DNA from: Carcharhinus amblyrhynchos | Lineage: Eukaryota | Length of the DNA stretch: 64,000 nt | Reading direction: 5' to 3' | Assembly: GCA_965287045.1 (NCBI GenBank) | Contig: OZ336885.1 | Span: forward strand, 61,070,001-61,134,000 | Part shown: positions 39,286-52,446 of the stretch, piece by piece | How positions within the stretch are numbered: position 1 is the first letter of the stretch | Layout: every line of letters starts with the position of its first letter | Translations under genes and position numbers: made by a program | The notes under the pieces: model-generated | What the model saw: the letters and a program-made list of their open reading frames with translations, nothing else | Database searches by the model: none | Told to the model about the DNA's origin: nothing

Positions 39286-41153
39286 CTGAGAGGAAAAATG
39301 AAACGTAATTTCAAAAGTTTCGCCAAGTCATATTTTTTTTTACTGGTATCGCATCTCTTTGTGCATTGAAATATCCTGATTGCCATATTCACTTCCGCAG
39401 AATGTGTAGAACTGCACCATCAGCATGGAGTAATTCTGTTGCTAACTCTTAGCTATAAAATGGGAATCGCCAAGTCTCCCTTTGGCGCACGCAGGGGGAA
39501 ATAGGATGGAAAAAAAAGTCACAGCGAAATGAATGGATCCCTTATTTTTATTGAATTTTGTTGTGATATGTTCCATGGATCACATACCACGGAATAGATC
39601 GATGCGCGTTTTTTTTTCTTTTCAGTTGAAAATATTGCAGCATATTCCGATGTAACTGAATGACCGGATAGGGATAGCATTTAAAAAAAGACTGACAGTT
39701 TTAGATTGTCAGTCAATGATTAATCTGTCCCACAATCAAATTAATACCTAACATTCCCCTCTTTTTTGTAAACTTTAACAGCAAGGCGACATGACGTCAA
39801 AACCCCAGGCACGAGTACGGACAGGAACTGGAGAACATTCAGATGGGCAAAATGTCACAAAAAATGTTCTGAATTGCCGCAAGCTTCCATACGAAACATA
39901 TTGTATAAATATGTTTTTGGGTCCAGGACAGTGTAAACATGCTCTTAAGGATTTCATTTCCAAGAGTCTTTACTTGCAAGTCACGGTCTGGCGTAACGCA
40001 AACATGGAGAATATGAGCGAGAGACTGATGAAGAGGACACCTCTCAGAAATGATTCCGTGGCCTGAATATAGCAGCACGTATCAGACTGTATGACTAGCA
40101 CGGAAACTGACGTAATAAAGACGGCAACTACGGAAAAGCCAGGTCAATTTTGAAGCAATAGTTCTTCACAAAAATGTTGGAATTTGATAAAATATCAGCA
40201 AGATATTCAAAACAATTGTTGTAGATTACTTTACAGAATTCAAGTGAAGCAACAGGGAGAATTAATGGATAAATGTCATTAGTCCTGGTTTGTCAATATC
40301 CTTCAAAGTCCTTAACGAAGAAACTGAAAATTGTGAAGCAAGCACAGTTTAATAATAAGGAATTTCGAATTTAAGATGCGATTGATTTTTTTTTTACATT
40401 TTTTATCAGTTGTCCGCTTCTCTTTGAGACTTAAAGCACAACATTCCTAATATGCACACGGTATTAACCTCTGAACATTTCCACATTCATCAAAAATTTC
40501 ATCCCGAAGAAGTGGACAGGGCCCTGGGTTAAATTCCGATTGACATAATGGAGAAACAAAATATTTTGATTTTGTAAGAAATTGGGGCCGAAGTTTGCTA
40601 TTTGGTCTCCAAATCTCTTCTTTTCATTGAGATCATGGCTAAACTAAATGAAGTCAACGAAAATTTTCCCTCGCCTACTGCTCAGTCGATTATCGATGAG
40701 AAAGAAATATGTTTGACGAAGCTTTGGAAATGTTCAATTTTTCAGCCTTTTTCCAATTAATTTCATTTCCAACGTCAAACTACGCGTTGATACAGGATAA
40801 ACAAAAATATTCCTCATCTGTATCTTAAATTGGAAACAAAATATTGTGGAATTGTGCCTCTTCATTTGCTCATGCCCCGTAATGGACGCACACACACAAA
40901 AAATACAGCTAATCCTGCGTGCCCTGGCGTTCAACATCTCGTCATAAATCAAAGTTTTGTTGCCAAATAACGGCGGAGTGAACAATTCGAAATGCTTGAT
41001 ATCTCTGCTTAAAAAAAAAGAACAAATGAGATGGAATTCACAAGATGGAGTTTCATTAACTTAGTGTATTGCTAGAACAACAATATCCTATATTAATTGC
41101 ATATTTTCTTAGAAAAGCTGAAAATGAAGTTTGAAGTCAATTGCTCGAATTAC

Positions 41154-41308
41154 ATGCTTGTGACGTGCTTGTGAATCATTCGTCATTGCACGAGATCTAC
41201 GTCGCCCTAGGCCATGTATCCTGGCACCGATTAGATCATAATAATAATCGTCAGCATAATCATCGTAATCGTAAGAATACAGCGGATAATATTACTCGAA
41301 AAAAAAGA
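41154..41308 (-). pseudogene. Disrupted transmembrane-like exon
   Basis: Acceptor ccaattttcag. One frame gives FFSSNIIRCILTITMIMLTIIIMI*; the adjacent frame continues LIGARIHGLGRRRSRA (basic stop-transfer-like). Donor position uncertain. Confidence 0.5.
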
Positions 41309-41552
41309 CTGAAAATTGGAATTGTGAACAACAATCACGTCGTATTTGCTGATACAGTATATGCTGGTAGAATCTGAATGATGTGCACAATAACATATTA
41401 CATGCAAAATAGGAAAACAATGCACGATTATTTTTTCCAGAATAATTCGCATTTCTCTTTCCGATGTAATCTTTCCTCTACGAAAGATAAACTATGAAAT
41501 ATGTAGTGACATGGAGCAGTAGTTTCCCGTCACGTAATAACACAAAGCGTTT

Positions 41553-43487
41553 AGTTAGTTAAGGAGCACATCACAGTCGTGCAGAGGGAGGATAATATGG
41601 AGGAGTTAGGGATTGGGTCGCTGTGGGTGGAGTTGAGGAATAGGAAGGGAGCGATTGCTATGTTAGTGGTGTACTATAGGCCACCCATCAGCCCAAAGGC
41701 AGTGGAAGAAGACATTTGTAAAGACATTTCAGATAGGTGCAGAAAGAATAGGGTTGTTGTAGTGCGTGACTTTAACCTTCCTGTAGTGGATTGGAAGGTG
41801 CCTAGAGCTGGGCGTTCGGAATTTGTAAAATGTGTGCTGGAAGGGTCCTTGGGGCAGTACGTAACTAGCCCGACTAGGGAGGGGGCTATACTGGATTTAG
41901 TTTTGGGTAATGAGCCAGGTCAGGGGGTTGAGGCTGCAGTAGGTGAACATGTGGCTAACAGTGACCACAAGTCTGTCTAATTTAGGATAAAAATGGAAAA
42001 GGATGAGTGCTGTCCAGAGGGGAGGGTGCTAAACTGGGCAAAGGCGAGCCATAGCCGGATCAGGAAGGAGCTGAAGGACACTGATTGGGAGAGGGTGTTA
42101 GCAGGTAAGTCCACGGCTGGCAAGTGGGAGGCTTTCAAGGACAAACTGAAAATGTTGCAGGAAAGACATGTGCCGGTAAAGAGGAAGGATAGGAAAGGCA
42201 GGATTAGAGAGCTGTGGATTGCCGGGGATATTGAGGACTTGTCAGGAAGAAGAGAGAGGCATATGTTAGGTCTAAACAACTGGGAACGGACAGGGCACTG
42301 GAGGAATATAGAGAGAGCAGGAGGGAGCTGAAAAGGGGAGTTTGAAGGGCGAAAAAAGGGCATGAAATTGCTTTGGCTGATATGATTAAGGAAAATCCTA
42401 AGGCATTTTACTCTTATATTAGGAACAAAAGAGTGGCTAGAGGGAAAATCGGTCCTCTTAGGGACAAAGGAGGGGAACTGTGCATAGAGTCTGAGGGAAT
42501 GGGTGAGATCCTGAATGAATACTTAGCGTCGGTATTCGCGAAGGAGAGGGGCTTTGTATCTTGTAATGTCTTGGAGGGAGCTGTCGACCAGTTGAAGGAA
42601 ATATCCATTACGAGGGAGGAAGTGTTAGGGTTTTTAGGCAGATAAAAACTGATAAAGCTCCGGGGCCTGATGGCATTTATCCCAGGCTGCTTCGGGAGGT
42701 GAGAGATGAAATTGCTGTGCCTCTGACGCAAATCTTTGTCTCTTCTTTGGACACAGGTGAGGTCCCAGAGGACTGGAGGATAGATAATGTGGTACCGCTG
42801 TTTAATAAGGGCAGTAGGGATAACCCTGGAAATTATAGGCCGGTGAGCTTGACTTCAGTGGTAGGAAAATTGTTGGAAAAGATTCTTAGGGATCGGATGT
42901 ATAAGCATTTGGAGCGTTGCGATCTGATTAGGGATACACAGCATGGTTTTGTTCAGGGGACGTCTTGCCTTACGAATCTAGTAGAATTTTTTGAGGAGGT
43001 GACAAAAATGGTTGACGATGGGCGAGCCGTTGATGTCATCTATATGGATTTCAGTAAGGCGTTTGACAAAGTCCCTCACGGTAGGCTGGTAGAAAAAGTT
43101 AAGGCTGATGGGATACAGGGATAGGTATCTAGGTGGACTGAAAACTGGCTCGGCAACAGGAGACAGAGAGTAGTAGTGGAAGGGTCCTTTTCTAGCTGGA
43201 GGTCTGTCACCAGTGGTGAGCCGCAGGGCTCAGTACTGGGACCTCTTCTATTCGTAATATATATAAATGACTTGGAAGAGGGCGTACGTGGTGTGATCAA
43301 CAAGTTTGCAGATGACACCAAGATGGCAGGATTGACGGATAGCGAGGAGGAGCGTCAGGTGACACAGCAAGAGATAAATAGGCTGGTATACTGGACAGAT
43401 AAATGGCAGATGGAATTTAATCCTGATAAATGCGAGGTGATGCATTTTGGAAGGAGTAATGCAAGGAGGAGTTACATGATAAAGGGT
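41553..43487 (+). mobile_element. CR1 LINE internal fragment (EN C-half + RT), truncated at both ends
   Basis: [61 protein letters not shown]; a few stops and frameshifts. Different subfamily from the young copies. Confidence 0.97.
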
Positions 43488-43897
43488 ATTCATCCCGATT
43501 CTCCAAAGCCCTAATTGAATGTACAATGCCCTTTCGAATCTTATCTGTAACTGATAGAAAAAAAATCTCAACATCCTCCGATGAATCCGAAGTTGTCAGC
43601 GACTTTAAACATTCCGAAAAAAAATCTAAATATACACAGCTTCCGAAGTCGTGTGTAACATTTGCCACATACTATGCCCTGTATTGGGCACAATGTTCCG
43701 GTTGTAACACTATGGTGTTCATCGTAATGGCTTCAACAACTTTGGTCTGCAAACCAAATTTCCAAATAATCTTTTATAACACACTGTGGAATTGTCTTTC
43801 AAAATTAGAAGGCATGCGACATTTTCCCAATCTCTTCTGATATATGTCCCCATTATGTGTTTGCCGATCAGTGGGATTCCTTTAAAATTACACTCAG

Positions 43898-44180
43898 CTG
43901 GCACGGTGTAATATTAGTTAGCACTGCTTTCTCACAGCGTCAGGGTTCCAGGTGCAATTCCAGCTGAGGGTGATTGTATGGAGCTTACAAATTATGCCCG
44001 TGTCTGCGAGGGTTTTCTCCGGATGTTCCGGTTTGTTCGCACACGCCAAAAATGAGCTGGTTAGGTTGTACGGCCACGTTACATTGCCCCGAAGCATCAG
44101 CAAGATCACTTGGGTTCATTCGTAGGTTTGGGGGGTCGGGCGTCGATGGGGTCTCTGGCGGTGCAGGTTCGATTGGCCAA
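43898..44180 (+). mobile_element. tRNA-derived SINE
   Basis: GGCACGGTG...GTTAGCACTGCTTTCTCACAGCGTCAGGG...CCCGTGTCTGCGAGGGTTTTCTCCGG. Confidence 0.8.
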
Positions 44181-44984
44181 GTGACCTCTTTCTGAACTTT
44201 AGCGATCCTCTGATTCTCAAAACACCCCGCGGATCTTTCCAAGTAAATCCATGTGATATTTCCCAGCACTGTGTAAAAGAAACGTTGAACTGCTGCCCGT
44301 TCCCTGCCGCCGTATGAATATTTTCTCCATAATATTTAACACATCCAATTACAGTGACTTGAACTCCACTGTTAAGACGACCATCATACCCTTTCAAAAC
44401 AAGGTTTGTAAGCAGTACATAACAATTAACTGTCCTGCATTAATCGGTTTTCTCTCATTCCTCATCCTAAAATGGAATCAATTAAATAAAGTTTCTCTTT
44501 CCATATTCAAGCAGCATTTGCCGAACTGCATTGTTTGTTCCCTTTGTTTTCAAAATCAATTGTAATCACTGCCTTTAATGTGTTTGTCATTGTCTCCTCA
44601 TTAAGGACATTGCAAACCGTTCGTTTTCTCGCACATCTCTGCATGATTAGGAATTGAACATTAAGCCCAATATTTCTGTAATTATTGAAATGATTGAACT
44701 TCCTCGGAAATCTGCTGACTTAATACTTTAACGGTACATTTTCTAATAGTTTATAATGATTTGTTCGAGAGTCAAGTTTTATGGGAGATTTTTTTTATTA
44801 GTAAAAGAAAAGGCGTTGAAATGTTTGACAACCGTAGCTGCTCCGCTTTCACTGACCTGCTTGTTTTAATTCATTCTTCAAGTACGAAGTTTCTGTAACG
44901 GCAAATAGCAGATTAATTCCGAAGCCTAGGATTACCGTTCCGAAAGCGTCCTTCAGAAACGAGAATTCGGCTTTTGCCATTCAC

Positions 44985-45302
44985 CTTTTTAGTTCAACTG
45001 TCACAATCGTTCTTAATCGTATCCCATATATGTTGTTTTCTCTTCATTCTCTTAGTTAAAGTAGTTCGCAGCAGTCTCAAAGCTAAGTCTGGAGGCTGCC
45101 TCCACAATTCGTACTTTGAGCAAAAAATAAGTTTGAAGTAAAACTGCAGTCCTGAGAGAAGACTGCTTGGTGAAACTGTTCTTTTTGACTTGCGACTTGA
45201 AACATAGGTTCGATCTGTCCACTTCTGTGGATCAGAAAATTTCCATGACAACATTTTGCAAAGGGCGTGTTATGTGCGGTGACAGAGCCAATATCTATCT
45301 CT
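44985..45302 (-). pseudogene. Decayed second Ig-like exon (tentative)
   Basis: AG...GT bounded, 318 nt (Ig-exon size, multiple of 3). F-strand-like RLSFETAANYF and G-strand-like TIVTVELK lie in different frames; several stops. Confidence 0.35.
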
Positions 45303-46944
45303 CTATTTGCACGAAAGAAAATTACTGCCCCGAGTCAACATGCTGTTATTAATGTGGGATGATGAAATCGTATTGGCTGCTGGAATAGTTGTTATGAGTT
45401 ACGCAACTTAGGACATGTCTATATAAGATTTCGTTGAATTCAATGGTATGGATGCTCACGTGGCAGAATACCATTTTGAAATGTATGCTCATGATCACGC
45501 AAATTGTGCTCCTTTCATTCTGCTATTCCAAGAACGTGACTTTGTGCAGTAATTCCGACAATTTTGGAAGAATTAAGAACATTTTCCGACTTCAGTCTAA
45601 TTATTGTAATGACAGCGACACATGCTGCAACAGCCACGACTACCCCCGTGGTTTAAACAACCGCTAAGATCCACCAAGGGATCGACTCCCCTCCCCCCTC
45701 CAACCATGACCACCCCGAAAAAAATAGAAATCCAAGGTGTCAGGACGATGAGAAGACCATCTGGGAATCCTGAATTCCTTGCTGTTCTATTCAATATCGT
45801 ACTTCGGACACTATTCCACAGAATTCCATCAAATCAGCTTCTGTATCATGCCCATTATTTCATATTCAGCCCAACACACCAGGAGGTGATGACGGCTGAT
45901 AAATTTCGGAACTCAACAATCGATCTATGCTTCGGCATTATCTCAGTAAAAACATGTCTCTTCATTTCAGTTTGTATTGGCCGATATATCTGAAGATTTT
46001 GCGGAATATGCTGTGGATTCAACAGACAAAATATTTTATTTGGCGAACTTCATCAGTGTCCTTGACAGTGCGTAGGCAGCCAATTTCTCTATTAACTTCA
46101 GGACTGTGAATTTACAATAACTTCTGAAAGTCGTGCCAGGTTTCTGGGCAGGTGAATTAAAGGGAGGCGCGGTGCATATAAATCAGGAGTGCTTTTGGCT
46201 TCTCTTCTAAAAATCGCACGTTTAGTTGATCAATCTGCTAGCTACATTGGCCTTCCTGCTCGGTACAATTTGATTGCTGGCAGATAAGGTAAAATAAGAT
46301 TTGTAAGTCTTGGTGGGGCATTTTGTAATTGTAAAATTGTCAACAAAGAGCACGGGTGATGAATCGAGTGACAGCCACAAGAATTGTTAGAAATTTGCTC
46401 AGCGCACCTTTGATTTGGAAGAACAAAATGTGATGGATCTGGCTGAAAGTTTAATTACGACTGATTTGAAGCCAAGGTTCTGATGCATAGTGATTTTATT
46501 GTGTTGTGCTAGATCACACCAAATTTCTTGCTGTTGGTGAAGAACCGGGTGTAGTTACATTTCTAATTGATTGTAACTGAATTTCGTGGCATAGTGATAT
46601 CATCGCTGGCCTACAGAACAATAGGGATGCTTGAAATTTGAGCGTAAAATAAATCTGGAATTTGACGAAGAAATCTTGGTTGATTCTCGTCCATAAGACT
46701 TTCATTCACTAACGCCTATTAGGGAACGAAATATGCCTCCCTTACCTGTTTTGACCTCCATATAAATCAGAAAGGTCTATGACTACCGCTCCGCAGCACA
46801 GTAGTTGACTGATAAAATATTCTCACTTCAAGATAAATTGAAGTTATTCACCCAATCAGAGACTGCCACATCCAAAGAACAAATGTGGACTTTTTTTTTA
46901 TTTTGATAATGCCATGAAATGTGAAAGGCAGAAGTTTGCATTCT

Positions 46945-47266
46945 CTATTTTTGAAGTTGAGTTTTGTCTGCCAATTGTTTTACTAGTTATTCATCAGCCC
47001 AATCACGAACGTTTCACGTTTACTCCTGCATCTGTTTCAGTTAAATTCTGGCTCATGTTTCTGCTTGCTGAAGAATAAAAAGACCAGTTCTTCTTCGAAA
47101 TATCTGCTCATAACTTGCATTTTCTTTTCTAATGAAATTGCATCCTTCCTTCCGTAGGAAGAATAACGATGACTACCATGCCTTGTCTGGGCCAATTTCG
47201 ACGATTATTTTTTTCAGTGGAGTACAGGGTTTAATTTTCTTCAACGCCTCTTGCTATTATATAATT
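46945..47266 (-). pseudogene. Decayed IgV-like exon
   Basis: Across frames and in IgV order: GVEEN*TLYS (B strand, Cys lost), NWPRQ (C-strand Trp), YEQIFRRRTGLF (D strand, cf. B7/BTN RGRTELF), QNLTETDAGV (DxGxYxC remnant). Confidence 0.5.
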
Positions 47267-47327
47267 CTTAAATGCATTTATTTAGCGTTTTCTTATATTT
47301 TAAATATACACTAAATGTATTACCCAC

Positions 47328-47441
47328 CTTTGTTATCTTCAGGCAGCACTTCATCTGTTGAGCACAAAACGAGATTACAATGATTGATAGCAGGAAGGAG
47401 AACAAGCTACGTTTTCCCTGAAACACCGTTTCGCACTCCAT
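47328..47441 (-). CDS. Candidate signal-peptide exon
   Basis: ATG...MECETVFQGKRSLFSFLLSIIVISFCAQQ... with hydrophobic core; donor AAAG|gtgggt 61 nt upstream of the IgV-like exon. Confidence 0.55.
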
Positions 47442-48365
47442 GTCCAATTTGCTTTGTTTTTGTTTTGATTCTGGAGGTCCATTGCAGAATCAATGTAACG
47501 GGGAAGTGTGATGCATACATCGGACTTCATTGTCAGCTGGGCTGAGATAGGAAACATTTGCCTCCGAGTTTGAACATTTCAGTTTTAATTCCTAAAGCAG
47601 TGAACTGAAAATAACAACTAGGTTTAAAGAGGTGTCGAGAAAATAAGGATTTTACGCATCATCCGATGTGACATAGTCATGCATAAGTATTACATCCATG
47701 GCTCACATATATCACCAAATTTAAAGCATTACTTTTAGTGACACTGATTTAAGATATTGCAACAGGCTGTTTTCAGCCAAAATATATCCCTGAAGCAACA
47801 TTAGCAAAATATCCTATTGAGTGTTACCATGTTGCTTTGACATGGCTGCAAGCAGGACGCTGTTGTTGTTCTTTCCAGTTACAATTGTCCCAATCTTACA
47901 CTCCCTGGTTTGATAAAAAAGACACTTAGTGACATGATAAAACATTGAAAATGACATGAAAAATTCCTGTAATGCCTTTTTCACTTCTGTTGTCTTCAGG
48001 CTTCAGATTTTCAAAGTAGTTATCTAAAAATGAGCTGTATTTTTCTACTGTAAATTTAAAACAAAATTCCAATTTGCAGACCAGGAAATCAAATAACTCA
48101 AACAGGAATTAAGAAGCATAAAATCAATTTCGGCTTCGTTGAATTGCGCAATTACATTATCGCCGCTGGGCGGAAGAAACCTATGTTCATCTTTTATTTT
48201 GTGTCGAGGGATCGATTGGGCCCAGCTGAATGGACAACGGATTAAACAATGCAATTGGAAGACGGCAGGACTGCTTGTTGCAACAGCATCGCTATTAACA
48301 AAAAACGACTTGTATTACGAGCTTCATGACCTGGAATAATGGAATTGTGTTTTTTGCACTGTAAT

Positions 48366-48646
48366 TGTGTGCTGGGCTCTCTGCATTTTCGAAATTATAT
48401 GGATGATATAAATTGTGGAAGCGAGGGTACCACAACAAACTTTACAGTTTAAGTAAAGATTAATCGAAAATTAAGTTCTGGAACGGATAAAGGGCCTTGC
48501 AGAGCGGTATAAGCATGCATTACCTATAGGAGGACAATGATCAGAGCACATCAGGATAAAAATGTGTAGTGTTTGCCTCCTTAAATTTAGATAAACGCAA
48601 ATATGCTGGAGACGGTCCAGGTGAGAACTATTAGATTGATAGCTGG
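48366..48646 (+). repeat. Copy 1 of a duplicated, internally deleted old CR1 RT fragment
   Basis: Colinear with 50624-50904 (CTCTGCATTTTCGAAA, TTAAGTAAAGATTA, AAATTAAGTTCTGGAAC, TGCTGGAGACGGTCCAG). Confidence 0.8.
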
Positions 48647-50623
48647 TACAAATCAGAAGTAGGATCCCCAAAGCAGTGCAGCTGCAGTCGGGCAAACGAC
48701 AATCCCCTTTCACTTTCGTTAGTGGCAATTCCAGAGCTGAGCATAAAATATCGTAAGAACAGTATTATGCCCAGAATGCAAAACCTCGTTGTCTCTTCAG
48801 TGAAACACTGGTCTGAGATTCATCGTTGATGAAACTTTCGAAGCTGCATATCAACCGGATGTACAACAGAAGTTGAAAGTAAACACGATTACGTAATGGA
48901 CGGCACAAGATTAAAATAACTGTTCACAGGTAACAGGTTTTATTGAGTAAATGTGAACACTTTAATTTAGTTATCTCTCGGGGAAGTCGTTCTTGGAAAA
49001 ATCGTAATTTCCAAATACAAACATTTGGTGCACTAAAATTATTCACTATATCGTGGAGGTGTAATTTTCATCTCCTGGAGAACAAGTGCGAATGAATCAG
49101 GCGAATTATTTGCGAGCCACGTTGTACAAAATGACACAAATGGTTAGATTGAATTATTGAATTATATTCTCCCTGCTAGCGGCATGAAATATCTCCTGAT
49201 TAGATGGTATTCCGTCGTTCAACTTAATTCATCAACATTTCTCTCGTGTGCATTGAGTGTCCACTGATTATGCATTAACCACCGTTAGACATGAAAATAA
49301 AATAGCAGTTAATAATCTGGACCTTTTTTTCAAGTAATGAATCACTGCTATGCTTCTCTCATGTACCAGTTGTAAATATGTTGAACACATGTGTCTGCGT
49401 TGCCATTGAAGACAGGCCGGGTCAAATTACCTTATTTTCGGTATATAATTTTGGAATCAAATAATATTCTTTAACCTGTATTTGTCCGTGATTAATTGAT
49501 GGCGTGGTCCCCATGCCCAACAGTGGCTGTCCAGGAGGTTATAGCCGGTAATATATTCAGTTTGGTATATTGCAAGAAGCTCAACTTCCCGAATTTGGTC
49601 AAGCTGGATGTTGGTATTCCCCCTCCAGTATACCATTTGCATTTTGCTCAAGCATAAAGAACAATTTGTCACGAAAATACCAGTTGGATGCATTGGTGTA
49701 TTTAATTGCGATCAGACACCCATTCCGGAGGCGTACCTGCCATATTAAAATTACATTAATTGCTGTGCGAGAGGAAGCAAGTTTGGAAAATAAAAAAAAT
49801 GCAACAAGTGTGCCTCTACATATTTGGAATGGATGCGAGCAAACGGATTTCGTGACTTTCTTTCAAGATGGAGAGATAGAATGGCGGGTAAACAAGACCA
49901 TCAGACGTAAAGCGAACGTAACATGTTTCCTTATGGCTTCAAATTAGAGTATGCAAAAAATCTACCATTTTGCGGTGGAAATCATGAGGTAGAAGTATCG
50001 GAGACGCTTTCTGAAATTGCAGTGATCGCATGGACGATATTGAGACAACGTATGGAGCTGAGAGTTGTCAATTATGCTGGCCAACACGGGATTCACCGTA
50101 AAGTCTCGAAATGTGAATACAATGAAACCGTCAGGATATTAATGTTAATTTATCTGTATTCCTGAAAATTTCATTTAGAATCGAAATTAGATATAATGTT
50201 CCATTCATACTAAAAATAAGAGGGAGCTTAACGAAAGGAAGTCAATGAGAGTTTGTAAATCGCCTGTCTTGGGGCAGGTGTCTCTATCCAAGTTATTGCT
50301 GGTCACTTCGGACATCTTTGGATGATCTGTAAGAACTGTTTTTTAGTTGCGAAATAAATCGCGTTTGAATAATTTGTTACTTTAGTAGAAAGGAACAACT
50401 TGCGTGGGGGTGGAGTGGAGACTGTTGTTATACTATGGCTTAGCTTCATGAAAACATACGTCAAATTGCATCAACATATAATTCCACGAATTACAAGTCA
50501 TTACGCGGGTTTAATAGCTTAGCATGCTTTTGTTATTTGTGGGCTGAAAAGAAAGAAACGAGCCAGCAAAAATTGATTTTTTCTTTCAATTGGCAGGAAG
50601 TAACCAATAAGGGTGCAAAAGAT

Positions 50624-50904
50624 TGTGCGCTGGACCCTCTGCATTTTCGAAACTATATGGATGGTTTAAATTAAGGAAGCGAAGGCACCACAGCACACTT
50701 TACAAATTAAGTAAAGATTAGTCGGAAATTAAGTTCTGGAACAGACAAAAGACGTCGCAGAGCGGAATAGGTATGCTTCACTTATAAGAGGGCAATGACC
50801 AGACCACATCTGAACTAAAGTGTGCAGTGTTTCCCTCTTTATATTCAGATCAATGTAACTGTGCTGGAGACGGTCCAGATGAGAAATATTAAATTGATAG
50901 TTGT
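50624..50904 (+). repeat. Copy 2 of the duplicated old CR1 RT fragment
   Basis: See 48366-48646; the minus-strand ORF translations also align (HLDRLQH...AYLFRSA/ACLYRSA..RSRT/CSRT). Confidence 0.8.
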
Positions 50905-51712
50905 AAAGGGCAGTTTGTTGAAATCTGAAAAGAATGATCGGACTCGTCGTGTTTCCCCTGCAGATAAGTTGGACAGAGAACATCTAGATTGAAGTGCATG
51001 AGTTCCTGAAAGTGATCGCCAAAGCAGCCGTGAAAAATGATATTCCATCATGTGTATTTGTCCCTTTACTAGGGAACAATGAAGTAAAATTAGGGGTTGC
51101 GTTTTTAAACAAAGATAAACTTGTTTATTTCTCTCAAGGTGGTGACTCTCCATCTCTCAGATAACGCTGCGATTGAGATTATTGGTTGTTCTTTCAAGAT
51201 ACATGTGGATGCGCTGTTGCTCGGCCGGGAAATCGCAAGTTATTTGGGCTCGACGCATATGTGGAATTCGAGGGACAAATAGGGGAGTGGAAGTGGAGAG
51301 GCTGGAGTCATTATCTGGGGACCTGCTTCAGATGAACTTCTGGAACTTGAACACGAGAACGGAGGGACAACTGAAACTACTCATTAACAACGTATGAAAT
51401 GGACCGACCTGACCGTACAAAACACGCATGAACAAATGTCTCCGCAGGAAGCGAACCTCTGAGATTATCAACATAAAAACAGCAGCAAGGCGTATTTCTA
51501 TTTGGCAGCTCATCATGGTGTGTTACAATCTTGCAATATATTTTCAAATAAAGAGATTTTCTAAGCCTTTAAGTCCATACCATTGCAAATGTAATACTAC
51601 AGAACTGAAAGAGGACAAACAAAGTGGAAGGGCCCATGAGCAACTCTGTACAAGACGAAACGGTATAGATAATTCGGTGGTAAATGTTATTCCAATCCAC
51701 TTTTCCTTTCGA

Positions 51713-52446
51713 AGAACATAAGAACATAAGAAATAAGAGCAGGAGTAGGCCATCTAGCCCTTCGAGCCTGCCCCGCCATTCAATAAGATCATGGCTGATC
51801 TGTCGTGGCTCAGGTCCACTTTCCCGCCCTCTCCCCATCACCCTTAATCCCCTCTCTTATCAAAAACCCATCAACCCGCGTCTTAAAAATATTTAGCGAG
51901 GCAGCCTCCACCACTTCAACGGGTAGAGAATTCCAGAGATTCACCACCCTTTGAGTGAAGAAGTTCCTCCTCAACTCCGTTCTAAACAGCCCCCCCCTTT
52001 ATCTTGAGGCTGTGCCCCCTAGTCCTACTGTCTTTTTTGAGCGGGAAGAGTCTCTCCACCTCTATCCTATCCATCCCATTCATCATCTTATACGTCTCAA
52101 TGAGATCTCCCCTCATTCTTCTAAACTCCAACGAGTACAAGCCTAGTTTATTCAGCCTCTCCTCATAGCTCAACCCCCTCAACTCCGGTATCAGCCTAGT
52201 AAACCTCCTCTGCACTCCCTCCAAGGCTAAAATATCTTTGCGCAGGTGCGGCGCCCAAAACTGCACACAGTACTCCAGCTGCGGCCTCACCAATGCCCTA
52301 TACAGCTGCAGCAAGACCTCCCTACTTTTATATTCAATCCCCCTCGCGATGAAGGCCAGCATCCCATTCGCCTTCCTGACCACCTGCTGCACCTGCAAGC
52401 TGGGTTTTTGCGACTCATGCACAAGGACCCCGAGGTCCCTCTGCAC
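51713..52446 (-). mobile_element. Young CR1 3' fragment
   Basis: VQRDLGVLVHESQK...KIKGG, near-identical to the 4318-4888 copy; same microsatellite tail. Confidence 0.97.

Larger units (their letters stand above)
14200..47441 (-). other. Butyrophilin-like (SP-Ig-Ig-TM-coiled coil-B30.2) gene locus, partly decayed (possible pseudogene)
   Basis: Ordered, co-oriented exons with GT-AG sites and phase-1 junctions ending in an intact B30.2 exon; see the individual exon entries. Confidence 0.7.

Noticed and set aside
40285-40323. Acceptor-led 39-nt open frame (VSSLRTLKDIDKP)
   Set aside because: No GT/GC donor.
41190-41290. Resemblance of DYDDYADDYYYD..RRRSR to the complement C4 alpha-gamma junction or fibrinopeptide B
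   Set aside because: Low-complexity match only; no other C4 or fibrinogen exons found in the window.
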